A stretch of DNA of 64,000 nucleotides from Alphaproteobacteria bacterium (lineage in GTDB: Bacteria; Pseudomonadota; Alphaproteobacteria; UBA2966): the NCBI GenBank assembly GCA_964291395.2, contig OZ219856.1:96001-160000 (forward strand). The letters are read 5' to 3'. The translations under genes and the position numbers were made by a program. The notes below the pieces were generated by a model. The model worked only from the letters and a program-made list of their open reading frames with translations. It did not search any database and was not told the DNA's origin. The number at the start of each line of letters is the position of its first letter. The first letter of the stretch is position 1. Of the stretch, positions 18,233-27,881 are shown piece by piece.

Positions 18233-18573
18233 CGACGCAACGCACCGAGTTCGGACGCGAGATCGAGACGGCTCTGGGCGAGGTCCTTGACCATGTTCGC
18301 GGCGAGACGGACCTGCCGTGCCGGATCGTCGACGATCCCGCCGCCGGGCGGATCGTCGCGCTGCGCAAGCGGTTGCGGCTGAGCCGGCAGAAGTTCGCCG
18401 ACCGTTTCGGTCTCGATGTGCGGGCTTTGCAGGAGTGGGAGCAGGGCCGGCGCGTTCCCGACCGGGCGGCCCGCGTACTGCTTACCGTCATCGACCGGGA
18501 GCCGGAGGCCGTGGTCAGGGCGCTCGGCGAGGGTGGCGGCGACGGACGGACGGATCGTTCCGTCGCGTCGTGA
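18229..18573 (+). CDS. HigA-like XRE HTH antitoxin
   Basis: IVALRKRLRLSRQKFADRFGLDVRALQEWEQGRRVPDRAARVLL; RBS AAGGAG; ATGA overlap. Confidence 0.88.
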   Translation: MTTQRTEFGREIETALGEVLDHVRGETDLPCRIVDDPAAGRIVALRKRLRLSRQKFADRFGLDVRALQEWEQGRRVPDRAARVLLTVIDREPEAVVRALGEGGGDGRTDRSVAS

Positions 18574-18627
18574 GCGACCGCGCCGGCGATTGGAAGAAAA
18601 ACGACAAAGACAACGGCGGGTTGGCGA

Positions 18628-19080
18628 CTATGGATGCGCCCGATAGCCGGCGGGTCCGCCGTCGCCGCTCCGCGCCTCCGGTTCCTCCCCCGCGTAGGCG
18701 TCGAGCTCGATGACGTTGCGGTCGGGGTCGCGGATGAACACGGCCCGCAAGTCCTTGAACGAGAACTGGCCGCTGAGCGGGATGCCGTTCTCCGCAAGGA
18801 ACCGCTTGGCGTCGTCGATCGAGGCGACCTCGAACGAGACGTGCGTGATGCCCGGGTACTTCTCGTCCACGTCCATCAGGATGTTCCGGTCGTTCGGCAT
18901 GTCGGCCGGCCCGAGCAGGTTCAGCACCACGCCCGAGGGATGCTGCATGATGATCGGGTGGCCCTCCTCGAAACCCGTGTCGAAGAGCGTCCGGAAGCCC
19001 AGCCGTTCATAGAAGGCGACGGACGTCGACTTGTCGCTGACCCGGATGCCGACGTGGTCCACCCTTTCGATTCCCAGCAT
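18628..19080 (-). CDS. VOC/glyoxalase family protein
   Basis: VDHVGIRV; ITHVSFEV; VFIRDPDRNVIEL. Confidence 0.88.
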   Translation of the reverse strand: MLGIERVDHVGIRVSDKSTSVAFYERLGFRTLFDTGFEEGHPIIMQHPSGVVLNLLGPADMPNDRNILMDVDEKYPGITHVSFEVASIDDAKRFLAENGIPLSGQFSFKDLRAVFIRDPDRNVIELDAYAGEEPEARSGDGGPAGYRAHP

Positions 19081-19386
19081 GTCCCGAGCGCTCCCGAATC
19101 GCGATGCAATCAAGGCGTGGCAAGCGAGCCCGCCCCCGACACTGTAGACGTATTGTAACGATCGATCCATAACAACGTCGCCGACGCGAACGAAGCTTCC
19201 GTCCCGATCCCATCGTGCCTTTCACCCGCACCGGAGGAGACGGCTTGGCGGAGGAGCGGCCGGTGCACTAACTTTCAACCCCCGACCGGTCGACCGGGAG
19301 GTCGCGCCGCGCGATCCGTTCCCGGTCTGTCGGGGCGGCGGCGGCCCCGACGGCCACGGGGCGAGGCATGGGGGAGACGACACGAG

Positions 19387-20240
19387 ATGCGTATCGGCGC
19401 GAGCATGTTCTTCACCGACTATTCCGTCGGTCCGGCCGAGCTCGGCGAGGTCCTGGAGGAACGGGGCTTCGACTCGCTGTGGGCGCCGGAGCATTCGCAC
19501 ATCCCGCTCTCGCGCGAATCGTCGTTCCCCGGCTGGGACGAGATTCCCAAGAAGTACTTCGACGTCATGGATCCCTTCGTGACGCTGACGGCCGCCGCCG
19601 CGGCGACGGAGACGCTGAGGCTCGGCACGGGGATCTGCCTCGTGGTGCAGCGCGATCCCATTCAGACGGCCAAGCTGGTCGCCTCGATCGATCAGGTGTC
19701 GGGAGGACGTTTCCTGTTCGGCGTCGGCAACGGCTGGAACGCGGAGGAGATGGCGGATCACGGGACCGCCTTCGAGGCGCGGCACGAGGTGGCCCGGGAG
19801 CGCATCGCCGCGATGAAGGAGATCTGGACGCGGACGAAGCCCGAATTCCACGGCGAGACCGTCGATTTCCCTCCCATGATGACGTGGCCCAAGCCCGTGC
19901 AGAAGCCCTACCCTCCGGTGATCGTCGGCGGCGGCTTCCCCCACGGCGCGCGGCGCGCGGTCGCCTACGGGGACGGCTGGATCCCCACGCGCGGCTGCCC
20001 GGGTACGAGGACGTCACCGATCACCTGGACGAATTCCGCCGGATGGCGGCGGAGGCCGGCCGCGGCCCCGAGTCCCTCCCCGTGACGGCCTGGGGGGGCG
20101 ATCCGGATCTCGACCGGTTGAAACGGTGGCGGGACCGCGGCGTCGCACGGGCCGTGGTGCCCCTGGACTCGGACGCGAAGGACGCGCTGATGCCCGAGAT
20201 CGACCGCTGGGCGGAGTGGATCGTGAAGCTGGGGAGATAG
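19387..20240 (+). CDS. LLM-class (putatively F420-dependent) oxidoreductase; one base missing near 19985
   Basis: EERGFDSLWAPEHSHIP; DPFVTL; LGTGICLV; SGGRFLFGVGNGWN; WPKPVQKP; YGDGWIP; adding one C to ATCCCCAC restores 285 codons. Confidence 0.85.
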
Positions 20241-20342
20241 CCCGCATTTCTCACCACGATCGCCTCCGGCGGCGCGCCCGACGCGGGGACGCGCGGCCCC
20301 CGGCGCTTGTTCGCCGCGGTTTCGGGCGAATATACTCGCGTC

Positions 20343-21110
20343 ATGCTTACGCCTGAAGAGATCGCGCAATATCACGAGACCGGCCAGGTCACGCCGGCGT
20401 TCCGGCTCGACGGCGACGTCGTCGCGGCCATCCACGAGAGAGCGGAAAAGCTGTTCGCGGCGCGGCCGGACCTCGATCACGACTACATCCCGAACATGAT
20501 CGAGGTCGACCCGGCCGGGAACTGGATCGAATTCGGTACCCGGACGGAGATCCTCGATTCGATCTGCCAGCTCATCGGCGAGAACGTCATCCTGTGGGGA
20601 TCGGCGTTCTTCGCCAAGAAGGGCGAGGGCAAGAGAACGCCCTGGCATCAGGACGCCGCCTATTGGCCCATCGTGCCGATGGCGGCCTGCTCGGCGTGGA
20701 TCGCCTTCGATCACGCGACGCCGGAGAACGGCTGCATGCGGGTCATTCCCGGGTCGCACAAGGTCGGGCGGCAGCTTTCCCACTTCGCCAGCACCGCGGA
20801 CGACATCGTCCTGAAGCAGGAGCTGTCCGACGGCGAGCTGCCCGATACGGAGCCGCTCGACGTCGTCCTGGAACCCGGCATGGTGTCGTTCCACCATCCC
20901 CTGGTCCTGCACGGCGCCGAGCCGAACACGTCGGGCGCCCGCCGGGGCGGGCTGACCTTCCGCTACATGCCGACGACGTCGCATTTCGACCGCGAGCTCG
21001 AAATCCGGCAGAACGTCCAGGGCAAGGCCTACAACCCGACGCGGCAGCTTCACCTCGTGCGCGGCGTCGACGTCTGCGGCCGAAACGATATCTGGCGGCC
21101 CGCGGCGTAG
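20343..21110 (+). CDS. Phytanoyl-CoA dioxygenase (PhyH) family protein
   Basis: TPWHQDAAYW; AWIAFD; ENGCMRVIPGSH; LHGAEPNTSGARR. Confidence 0.9.
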   Translation: MLTPEEIAQYHETGQVTPAFRLDGDVVAAIHERAEKLFAARPDLDHDYIPNMIEVDPAGNWIEFGTRTEILDSICQLIGENVILWGSAFFAKKGEGKRTPWHQDAAYWPIVPMAACSAWIAFDHATPENGCMRVIPGSHKVGRQLSHFASTADDIVLKQELSDGELPDTEPLDVVLEPGMVSFHHPLVLHGAEPNTSGARRGGLTFRYMPTTSHFDRELEIRQNVQGKAYNPTRQLHLVRGVDVCGRNDIWRPAA

Positions 21111-21173
21111 ATCCGCCGTCCGTTCGCGGGCCGCGGGCGGGATTCCCCGGGCGTTCCGCGTCGGTGAACCCCG

Positions 21174-21395
21174 TCACCCGGCGGCGCCGGCCACGTCGAC
21201 GACGGTTGCCGTGCAGTGCGGTTCCGGCACCGGCTCGCCGTGCTCGCGCAAGCTCTCGATATGATACCGGATCGCCTGTCGAATCTCCCGAACCGCTTCT
21301 TCTCTAGTATCTCCGGTGGCGACGCAACCGGGAAGGTCGGGAACGTAGGCGGCGTAGTTCGCCGGCGCCCTCTCGATGACGATGGTGTATCGCAT
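21174..21395 (-). CDS. hicB: HicB-family antitoxin
   Basis: YTIVIE...YAAYVPDLPGCVATGDTREEA...GEPVPEP. Confidence 0.88.
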   Translation of the reverse strand: MRYTIVIERAPANYAAYVPDLPGCVATGDTREEAVREIRQAIRYHIESLREHGEPVPEPHCTATVVDVAGAAG

Positions 21396-21403
21396 CTTCT
21401 CCT

Positions 21404-21505
21404 TCACTCCTTCATCCCGGCCTGCTTCATGACGCTCGCCCAGGTCCCTCGCGGAAGGTCGTCCCCCGGCTTGCCGGCAATGGTCACCGTACCGGGTTTG
21501 TCGGG
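21404..21505 (-). pseudogene. hicA: HicA toxin C-terminal fragment
   Basis: DKPGTVTIAGKPGDDLPRGTWASVMKQAG; the N-terminal GSH motif is absent. Confidence 0.75.
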
Positions 21506-21710
21506 GGCATTTGTATTGCAAGCCGGTGAAGCGCAAGCCGGATGTCGAGACACATGATGTACAAATGATATACAGACAGGACCGCGATCACGCGGGCGAT
21601 CCGGAAAGGCAGGATTCCGCCGACGGGAGGAGGCGACCGGAGATCCGACGGATCGGCGCCAGCGGCGACGGGCCGGGCGACTGCGGGAAACCGGAAGGAG
21701 GACACCGACG

Positions 21711-21944
21711 ATGAGCGATGAAACCGAGACGAACTGTGAAGTCGTAACCTGCGGCGTATCCATCAGCGCGGACAGAGCCCACGTGACCGTCTATCTCGGC
21801 AGCACGGAGTCCGACAGATCCTTCGAGTTCGTCATGCCGAAGGATCTGGCCCTGCACATGTCGAGCACCATCCAGAGGTTGGCCAATCCGACCGGTGTTC
21901 AACGCGCTGCGTCGCGTGGCGCGAAGGCCTTCATCAAGTCTTGA
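21711..21944 (+). CDS. Small hypothetical protein
   Basis: RBS AGGAGG; 77 aa; GC3-rich codons. Confidence 0.6.
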   Translation: MSDETETNCEVVTCGVSISADRAHVTVYLGSTESDRSFEFVMPKDLALHMSSTIQRLANPTGVQRAASRGAKAFIKS

Positions 21945-22076
21945 GCCGCCGCGGGACTTCGGCGCGCTCACCATCGCCAGGCGCCCGGCGGGTCCCGGCC
22001 CGGGATCACGCCCGCCCGCGCCGACGTTCCGGCGGACCGGGCTTGCGCCCCATGCCGGGCGCCGGTAGGTTCCCCG

Positions 22077-22132
22077 CACCCAATGACGCAGCTTGAGGCC
22101 CGGACGCCCGCCCATACCCGTCCGGGTTTTTC
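22077..22132 (+). ncRNA. Candidate short sRNA or attenuator
   Basis: TTGCGC(22043)-N17-TAGGTT(22066), then CCCGGACG-12 nt C-rich loop-CGTCCGGG-TTTTT. Confidence 0.4.
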
Positions 22133-22276
22133 GCAACCGCGATACGGCGTGATCGGCCGGGAGGCATTCCTCGCCGGTCACCGCTCCGGGCAGGCGGCAT
22201 GCCGCGGCGCAGGCCCGATGCCGACCCGGGACCACGCTCGAGAGGCTCAGGATGACGGGGAACGGGTCGGCGCAGG

Positions 22277-22942
22277 ATGGTGAGTCGTCAGATGCAACAG
22301 GAGAACGCCGGACCGGGGCACGGGCTTGCGCTTTTCGTGCGGCGCTGGGCATCGAACCCGTACCGGATCGGAGGCATCTTGCCGAGCGCCAGGCCGCTCG
22401 CCCGGGTCATGGCCAGCGCGGGCATGCAGGCGAGGCGGGGCGAGGGGCCGGTGGTCGAGCTCGGCGCCGGGACCGGAACCATCACCCGGGCGCTGATCGA
22501 GAACGGGATCGGCGAGCGGGAGTTGGTGCTCGTCGAACGGGACCGGCAGATGTGCCGCTGGCTCAGGCAGAGGTTTCCGCGCGCGGCCGTCGTCAGGGAC
22601 GAGGCGGCGCGTCTCGGCATGATTCTGGCCCGGGAGTGCGCCGGCGCGGCCTCGGTGGTGATCTCCTCGCTCCCCCTTCGCAACATGGGGATGCGGGAGC
22701 GGGAGGCGATCGTCGAAGCGAGCCTGGATGCGGTTCCCGAAGGCGGCGCGCTGGTGCAGTACACCTACGCGCGGCACCCGGCGGTGGCGTGCGCGCGGCT
22801 GGGCCTGGAGTGCCGGAGGGTCGGGTTCGTGGCGATGAACGTGCCGCCTGCCGGCGTGTGGCGGATCACCAGGTCCGGCGCGGCCTCCCGATCGACGGCC
22901 GCCGCATCGAGCCGGCCCGATCCCGGCGGACCGAACGGGTAG
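22277..22942 (+). CDS. Phospholipid N-methyltransferase-like class I SAM methyltransferase
   Basis: IGGILPSARPLARVMA; VVELGAGTGTITRAL; VISSLPL; LVQYTY; NVPPA. Confidence 0.85.
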   Translation: MVSRQMQQENAGPGHGLALFVRRWASNPYRIGGILPSARPLARVMASAGMQARRGEGPVVELGAGTGTITRALIENGIGERELVLVERDRQMCRWLRQRFPRAAVVRDEAARLGMILARECAGAASVVISSLPLRNMGMREREAIVEASLDAVPEGGALVQYTYARHPAVACARLGLECRRVGFVAMNVPPAGVWRITRSGAASRSTAAASSRPDPGGPNG

Positions 22943-23020
22943 GGGGCTCGCGGCCGGGCGGCGGCGGCGTCCATGCCGCGCTCCGCCGGCAGTTCCCGCT
23001 CCTTCGGCGTCCGCGGGAAA

Positions 23021-23281
23021 TCACTGCGAAGCCGGCGTTCCCGTCCCATTGCCGCCGCGCGCCGCGGCGACCGCTTCCGCAACGGCCGCCGCGACGGCGA
23101 GTCCCGCCGCGACCGCGGCGGCCGTCGCGCCCTCCGCGGTGGCGGAGCCGGCACCCTCCGCGGCCGCTTTCCCGGGGGGCGCTTCCACCTCGAGGTCCTG
23201 TGCCTGGCCGAGCGCCAGCGTCGGCGCCGCCGCCAGCGCACCGGCCAAGGTCATGGACGCCATCGTCTTTCGCAGGGACAT
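23021..23281 (-). CDS. Small Ala-rich exported/membrane protein
   Basis: RBS GGAGG; signal-like N-terminus; hydrophobic C-terminal stretch. Confidence 0.5.
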   Translation of the reverse strand: MSLRKTMASMTLAGALAAAPTLALGQAQDLEVEAPPGKAAAEGAGSATAEGATAAAVAAGLAVAAAVAEAVAAARGGNGTGTPASQ

Positions 23282-23584
23282 TCCGGGCCTCCCGGCAGTC
23301 GGGCTCGCGGGACCGCGACCGCCCGGTCGAGCGCGGCCGGGCGAAGATTCGGCGGGTCCCGCCGATCCGGCGAACCCTATTCGAAATGCCTCGAAACGCC
23401 AACGCCGCGCCTGGCAACCCGCCGGACGCCGGCCATATAATCTCCGACGACGCCGATCACCGCGCGCCGTCCGACCGCGGCCGGCGCGCATCGCCGTCCG
23501 CGCGCGACGGCGTCTTGTGGAGGGTTCGATGAATTCCTATACTCTTACCAGATATTGTGGTTGGGAGTTCCGAGTGGATTGACG

Positions 23585-23733
23585 CTAATGAGAGTGCCCT
23601 GTCTGGCGGTTCTCCTGCTCGTCGCCGTGTCGTTCGCGGGCGCCGCGGACCCGGCCCGCTCGGCGCCGGATCTAATGAGAGTGCCCTGCCTGGCGGTTCT
23701 CCTGCTCGTCGCCGTGTCGTTCGCGGGCGCCGC
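23585..23733. repeat. 62-bp direct repeat, period 87
   Basis: 23585-23646 vs 23672-23733, one mismatch. Confidence 0.9.
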
Positions 23734-24253
23734 CGGCCGACATGGAGATGGCGCTGGGACGCGGGACGACGCCCCCGTCACGATCATCGAGTACGCCTCG
23801 CTGTCCTGCCCGCATTGCGCCAAGTTTCACGAGGAAACGCTGCCGGCCCTGCGGGAGAAGTACATCGATACCGGAAAGGTCCGGCTGGTGTTTCGCGAGT
23901 TCCCGCTCGAACGGACCGCCTTCCTGGCCTCGATCATCGCGCGCTGCGCCGGCGAGAAGCGGTATTTCGCGTTCATCGACGCGTTCTTCAAGAAGCAGCG
24001 GGCCTGGTACTCCGCGGACGATCCGTTCGAGGCCCTGCTGCAGATCGCCCGTCTCGGCGGCTTGAGCGCCAAGGACGTCAAGGCGTGCGTCGAGGACGAG
24101 GCGTTGGGCGACGGCATCCTCCAGACCCGCCTCGACGCCGAGCAGCAGCACGGGATCAGCTCCACCCCGAGCTTCGTCATCGACGGGAAGACCTATCTCG
24201 GCGCCCTGACGCTCCGGGAAATCGAGAAGATCATCGTCCCGCTGATTCCATAG
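23588..24253 (+). CDS. DsbA-family thioredoxin-fold protein with duplicated signal sequence
   Basis: APVTIIEYASLSCPHCAKF; REFPL; STPSF; directly upstream of smc. Confidence 0.88.
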   Translation: MRVPCLAVLLLVAVSFAGAADPARSAPDLMRVPCLAVLLLVAVSFAGAAGRHGDGAGTRDDAPVTIIEYASLSCPHCAKFHEETLPALREKYIDTGKVRLVFREFPLERTAFLASIIARCAGEKRYFAFIDAFFKKQRAWYSADDPFEALLQIARLGGLSAKDVKACVEDEALGDGILQTRLDAEQQHGISSTPSFVIDGKTYLGALTLREIEKIIVPLIP

Positions 24254-24274
24254 GGTGAGAGAGGGCGAGCTTCC

Positions 24275-27200
24275 GTGCACTTCAACCGTCTGCGCCTGTC
24301 GGGATTCAAGTCTTTCGTGGACGCCGTCGAGCTGGTCATCGAGCCGGGCCTGACCGGGATCGTCGGCCCCAACGGATGCGGCAAGTCGAACCTCATCGAG
24401 GGCCTGCGCTGGGTGATGGGCGAGACGTCGGCGAAGAAGATGCGCGGCAGCGGCATGGACGACGTCATCTTCAACGGCACCAGCGGCCGGCCCGCCCGCA
24501 ACATCGCCGAAGCCGTCCTGCGGCTGAACAACGCCGACCGCGCCGCGCCCGCGCGGTACAACGACCACGAAGAGATCGAGATCGCGCGGCGCATCGAGCG
24601 GGGATCGGGATCGGACTACCGCATCAACGGCGAAGAGGTCCGCGCCCGCGACGTCCAGCGCCTGTTCGCCGACCTCGCCACCGGCGCCCATGCCACGGCC
24701 CTGGTGGGACAGGGGGAGATCGGGAGCGTCATCGACGCGAAGCCGGAGCAGCGCCGCTCGCTGCTCGAGGAGGCGGCCGGCATCACGGGCTTGCACTCGC
24801 GGCGTCACGAGGCCGAGCTGCGGCTGCGCGCCGCGGAGACGAATCTCGAACGCCTCGACGACGTGATGCAGAACATGGACCTCCAGCTTCGCAGCCTGAA
24901 GCGGCAGGCCCGCCAGGCGACGCGGTACCGGAACCTCTCGGGACACATCCGCAAGGCGCAGGCGCTGCTGCTGCACCTGCGCTGGACGGCGGCCGAGGGC
25001 GGGTGGGCGGACGCGCGGCGGCGCCTCGCCGAAGCCGGGACGCACGTGACCGGGCTCACGCGGGAGGCGGCCCGGGCGTCCGCCGCCGAGACCGGGAAGG
25101 CCGAGACGCTGCCGCCTCTCCGCGAGAACGAGGCCGGGTGCGCCGCGCGCATCCACCGGCTGACGTCGGCGCAGGAATGGCTCGACGAGGAGGAACGCCG
25201 GGTGCGCGCCCTCGCGGAGCAGCTTCGGACGCGTTCGGCACAGATCGGAGAAGATACGGCCCGCGAGGAAGAGCAAAGGCAGGAAGCCACGGCCCGGCTC
25301 GAGTCCCTGTCCCTGGAGGGGGAGGAGATCGAGGCCCTTCAGGCCGCACGGGAAGACGCCGCCGCGCGGGCGGAGGAACGCGCCGAAACGGCCCGGCGGA
25401 TCCTGGCCGGGCGCGAGCGCGAACTGGAGCTCGAGACCGAGCGCGTGGCGACGGAAGCGGCGCGCCGCGAAGGCCTCGAGGGGGAACGGACCGACCTCGA
25501 GGGGCGGCTCGAGCAGGCGGCGGCCCGCCTGGAGGCGCTGCGGGAAGAGCGCCGGGACCTCGAGGCGGAAGGCGACGGCGGCGACACGGAGGGCGATGCC
25601 GAGCCCGGCCGGCTGCGCGCCTCCGTGGCCGAGGCGCGCGGCGCGGCGGACGACGCCGAGGCGGCCCGGTCGGCGGCCCAGGGCGAGGAGGCGCGCGCCC
25701 GCGACGTCCTGCAGGCGGCCGAAGGGGAACTCGCCCGGTCCCGCGCCGAGGCGGACGCGCTCATGGATCTGCTTTCGGTCAACGAGGACGGTCTCTGGCC
25801 GCCCCTGGTCGACTCGGTCACCGTCGAGCCGGGCTACGAAGCGGCCCTGGGCGCCGCTCTCGGCGACGATCTCGCGCTGTCCGGCGACGACGGCGCCCCG
25901 GCCCATTGGCGCAACCTGCCGCCGCTCGGGAGCGCGCCGCCGCTGCCCTCGGGCGCGGAGCCGCTTTCCCGGAACGTCAAGGCCCCGGACGCGCTGGGGC
26001 GGCGGCTGTCGCAGATCGGCGTGGTGGCGGACCAGGCCACGGGCGACCGGCTGCGTGAAGACATGCGGCAGGGGCAGCGCCTCGTCACCCGCGACGGCGC
26101 GCTGTGGCGGTGGGACGGATATACGGTGCGGTCGGGCGCTTCGACGACCGCCGCGACCCGCCTCAGCCAACGCAACCGTCTGAAGGCCCTTCAGGACGTG
26201 ATCGGAACCCGCACGGCGGCCGTCTCCGCCGCCCGCACCGGCTTCGCCGCCGCCCGGGAGGCGGAGACGGCCGCCGTCGCGGCGGACGGCGAAGCCCGCG
26301 CCCGCCTGCGGCGGGCCCTCGAGGAGCTGCGGGCGTGCGAGGAGCGGCGCGCCGCATCGGCCGAGGCCCGGACGCGGCGCGAGTCGCGGCTGGCGGCGAT
26401 CGCCGAGGCGGCCGGCGCGCTCGACGCCGACCGCGAGGCCGCGCGGAAACGCCTGGAGGGCATCGCCGCGGGGCTCGCGGCGCTCGCCGATCCCGAGGCG
26501 CAGCGCGGCGCCCTCGACGCGCTGCGCGCCGACGTGGCCGGCCTGCGCGCCGAGGCCGGCGACGCGGCTTCCGAGCTCCGGCGCGTCCAAGACGAGGCGG
26601 CGGGCCGGGCCAAACGCCTCCTCGCCCTCGACGAGGAACGGGTCTACTGGCGGCAGCGGCTCGAGTCGGCGGCATCCCAGCTCGAACGGCTGGCGGCGCG
26701 CGAGGCCGAAGCGCGGGAGGCCCTGGCGGACGCCGAGGCGCGCCCCCGGGCGCTCGCGGAACAGCGCGCCGGGCTCCTGGAGAAGGCCGCCGCCGCCGAG
26801 GCGGAGCGCCGCGAGGCGGCAGACGTCCTCGCCCGCGCCGAAACGGAGCTCGACGCATTGTCGCGGGCGTCCAGGGAAGCCCAGGCCTCGCTCGCCGAGG
26901 CGCGCGAGGAACGGGTGCGCATGGAGGGTCTGGTATCCCGGGCCGAGCAGCTCAAGTCCGACATCTCCCGGAACATGGCGGAGACGCTGGAATGCACGCC
27001 CGCCGAAGCCGCGTCGATCGCGGAGGTTTCCGGGGACCGGGACCCGCCCCGGCCGGAGGCGGTGGAGGGGCGCCTCGAGAGGCTGAAGCGCGAACGCGAG
27101 AACATGGGTCCGGTGAACCTGAGGGCCGAGGCCGAGGCCACGGACCTGTCGGAACAGCTGTCGGCGATGCAGGGCGAGCGCGAGGATCTCGAGGCCGCCA

Positions 27201-27730
27201 TCGCCCGGCTGCGCCAGGGGATCTCCGGCCTCAACCGGGAAGGGCGCGCGCGCATGCAGACGGCGTTCAAGGCCGTGGACGGCCACTTCGGCGAGCTCTT
27301 CAAGCGGCTGTTCGGCGGCGGGGAGGCGCGGCTCACGCTCGTCAACTCCGAGGATCCGCTGGAGGCCGGTCTGGAGATCCTCGCGAGCCCGCCGGGAAAG
27401 CGGCTTCAGGTGATGTCCCTGTTGTCCGGCGGCGAGCAGGCCTTGACGGCGACCGCCCTGCTGTTCGCCGTGTTCCTGACCAATCCGGCGCCGGTCTGCG
27501 TGCTCGACGAGGTCGACGCCCCTCTCGACGACGCGAACGTCGAACGTTTCATCGATCTGGTCGAGGAGATCGCCGGCGATACCGGGACGCGCTTCCTCAT
27601 CATCACCCACAACCCCATCAGCATGACGCGGATGGATCGGTTGTTCGGCATCACCATGGCCGAGCGCGGCGTGAGCCAGCTGGTGTCCGTCGACCTCGCC
27701 CAGGCGGAAGATCTGAGGGCCACCGCCTGA
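24275..27730 (+). CDS. smc: Chromosome segregation protein SMC
   Basis: GFKSF; GPNGCGKSN; long coiled coils; LLSGGEQ; VLDEVDAPLD. Confidence 0.97.
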   Translation: MHFNRLRLSGFKSFVDAVELVIEPGLTGIVGPNGCGKSNLIEGLRWVMGETSAKKMRGSGMDDVIFNGTSGRPARNIAEAVLRLNNADRAAPARYNDHEEIEIARRIERGSGSDYRINGEEVRARDVQRLFADLATGAHATALVGQGEIGSVIDAKPEQRRSLLEEAAGITGLHSRRHEAELRLRAAETNLERLDDVMQNMDLQLRSLKRQARQATRYRNLSGHIRKAQALLLHLRWTAAEGGWADARRRLAEAGTHVTGLTREAARASAAETGKAETLPPLRENEAGCAARIHRLTSAQEWLDEEERRVRALAEQLRTRSAQIGEDTAREEEQRQEATARLESLSLEGEEIEALQAAREDAAARAEERAETARRILAGRERELELETERVATEAARREGLEGERTDLEGRLEQAAARLEALREERRDLEAEGDGGDTEGDAEPGRLRASVAEARGAADDAEAARSAAQGEEARARDVLQAAEGELARSRAEADALMDLLSVNEDGLWPPLVDSVTVEPGYEAALGAALGDDLALSGDDGAPAHWRNLPPLGSAPPLPSGAEPLSRNVKAPDALGRRLSQIGVVADQATGDRLREDMRQGQRLVTRDGALWRWDGYTVRSGASTTAATRLSQRNRLKALQDVIGTRTAAVSAARTGFAAAREAETAAVAADGEARARLRRALEELRACEERRAASAEARTRRESRLAAIAEAAGALDADREAARKRLEGIAAGLAALADPEAQRGALDALRADVAGLRAEAGDAASELRRVQDEAAGRAKRLLALDEERVYWRQRLESAASQLERLAAREAEAREALADAEARPRALAEQRAGLLEKAAAAEAERREAADVLARAETELDALSRASREAQASLAEAREERVRMEGLVSRAEQLKSDISRNMAETLECTPAEAASIAEVSGDRDPPRPEAVEGRLERLKRERENMGPVNLRAEAEATDLSEQLSAMQGEREDLEAAIARLRQGISGLNREGRARMQTAFKAVDGHFGELFKRLFGGGEARLTLVNSEDPLEAGLEILASPPGKRLQVMSLLSGGEQALTATALLFAVFLTNPAPVCVLDEVDAPLDDANVERFIDLVEEIAGDTGTRFLIITHNPISMTRMDRLFGITMAERGVSQLVSVDLAQAEDLRATA

Positions 27731-27789
27731 GTGGCCGGATATCCATTTATTGTATATATTTCAATAAGTTGTCCGTGATCGGGCGGCGC

Positions 27790-27818
27790 TTGACAGGCTC
27801 GGACCCACTCCCTATTGT
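27790..27818 (+). promoter_or_regulatory. Sigma70-type promoter of the Fo operon
   Basis: TTGACA-N17-TATTGT with AT-rich upstream DNA. Confidence 0.65.
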
Positions 27819-27881
27819 GCGCGCGGCTTTTTCGTGATTCCGCCATAGCGGTTGGACGCGGGACGGGACGGGAGCCGGCAG

